Source: a virus
IMG/VR virus record: IMGVR_UViG_3300017691_000004
Coordinates: 1 to 40,363 of that record
Reading direction: 5' to 3' (one strand)
DNA: 40,363 nt
The translations under genes were made by a program, and so were the position numbers. Shown one piece after another: positions 39,740 through 40,363 of this stretch. The notes under the pieces were generated by a model. The model did no database searches. It worked only from the letters and a program-made list of their open reading frames with translations, and had not been told where the DNA came from. Every line of letters starts with the position of its first letter. Positions within the stretch are counted from its first letter, which is position 1.

Positions 39740-40363
39740 TTACGCGTCGCCAACGCTGGCGCCGAACATGGTGAAGATGCCCTGATCCACCGGGCTATCC
39801 GTGTCGTTCGTCGGGTCACGACCGAAGCGCAGCTTGTCGATGCCGCGCATCTCCTGAAGACCAACGCCGTGCATGAAGCCGTAGTCACGCATGTTAGTCG
39901 TGGTCTTGGTCTTCTGCGCCCACGCCACGCCGATAGCCTGAGCGCCGCAGAGGTAGCCCGCCGCAACGTCAATGCCACCAGCACCAGCGCCAGCGATCTT
40001 GCCCATCTCGGGGATCTCGCGGACGATCACCTGATCCCAGATCAGATCGCCACCCGTGAACAGGGGGTTATCCTCACCGCGAGCCGCCGCGAACTTCTGC
40101 GCCTCGTCAATGATCGGGTCAGACTTGAAATCGCGGAAACCGTCGCTGTTCAGGAACAGGACGAACCACTCTTCAGCGCTCTTGGTGCCGCGATTGCGGA
40201 CCTGAATCGGACGCAGGCGCGGGTTGGCGTTCTTGGCCAGACGCTTGGCGAGGGACACGTTCAAGGCGCCAAACTTGCCGCCGACCACAGCAGCGGTGCC
40301 GCCGGTCGCACGCTTGCTCATCACGTTGTCAATGAGCGCCAGCGAGGTCGCCATGTTGTTGGA
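39740..40363 (-). CDS. Major capsid protein, 3' part (continuation of 663..1)
   Basis: Track ORF 39740..40354 is the C-terminal 204 aa. The frame stays open to the window end and matches bases 1-123. Confidence 0.85.
   Translation of the reverse strand, partial: SNNMATSLALIDNVMSKRATGGTAAVVGGKFGALNVSLAKRLAKNANPRLRPIQVRNRGTKSAEEWFVLFLNSDGFRDFKSDPIIDEAQKFAAARGEDNPLFTGGDLIWDQVIVREIPEMGKIAGAGAGGIDVAAGYLCGAQAIGVAWAQKTKTTTNMRDYGFMHGVGLQEMRGIDKLRFGRDPTNDTDSPVDQGIFTMFGASVGDA
40241..40363. repeat. Terminal overlap, copy 2 (identical to 1-123)
   Basis: Direct comparison of the two ends. Confidence 0.97.

Larger units (their letters stand above)
1..40363. mobile_element. Complete tailed-phage genome (podovirus-like, P22-type tail hub), circularly closed; unit length 40240 bp
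   Basis: Bases 1-123 equal 40241-40363 exactly, and joining them restores one continuous capsid ORF. Packaging, head, tail, lysis, replication and nucleotide-metabolism modules are all present, with no host-like flanks. Confidence 0.85.

Noticed and set aside
1-40363. Prophage or temperate lifestyle (integrase, CI/S24 repressor, att sites, host flanks).
   Set aside because: No ORF shows tyrosine or serine recombinase motifs or an S24 peptidase domain. The only regulators are small Cro-, Arc- and HTH-type proteins, and there is no host DNA at either end.

Overview
The window is a single complete phage genome, closed into a circle. Bases 1-123 are identical to 40241-40363, and the overlap lies inside the capsid gene, so the unit length is 40,240 bp. 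The phage is GC-rich and tailed, with podovirus/P22-type tail-hub genes (gp4-like and gp10-like) and an N4-gp56-family capsid protein. Coding is very dense, with most neighbouring genes joined by ATGA/TGATG/GTGA overlaps, and it falls into two blocks. (1) A plus-strand early block, 15437-20781, carries small unknowns, an HTH protein, an AAA_24/Sak4-like ATPase, an SSB-like protein, ThyX, dCMP deaminase, dUTPase and a small lipoprotein. (2) One very long minus-strand block runs 15284 down to 1 and continues 40363 down to 20876. In transcription order it carries early regulators, a RuvC-like resolvase, prim-pol, an AAA_25 helicase, an Arc-like repressor and many small Cys4 proteins. Next come a PEP-CTERM protein, terS, terL, portal, GNAT, scaffold, capsid, a repeat-expanded gp4-like adaptor, a pectate-lyase/S74 tailspike, a gp10-like hub and a tail-collar fibre. 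The block ends with an Asp/Asn-hydroxylase plus cupin pair, three ejection-type proteins, a collagen-like fibre, a 1270-aa spike and the lysis cassette with a GH108 endolysin. I saw no integrase, CI/S24 repressor, tRNA, rRNA, CRISPR array or host flank. The best candidates for something new are listed here. (a) The dioxygenase pair embedded in the virion operon together with a collagen-like fibre. (b) A three-member family of small proteins sharing an RGAQVRL...ARG...TPDGST N-terminal module, placed after the capsid gene and before two fibre/spike genes. (c) A phage-encoded PEP-CTERM protein. (d) An antisense-encoded 2-TM protein inside the tail operon. (e) Several non-coding elements: a phased heptamer array next to the helicase gene, a promoter-plus-terminator small-RNA unit, and a repeated 21-25 nt motif in the head module. 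All functional calls rest on motif reading by eye. No database search was run.
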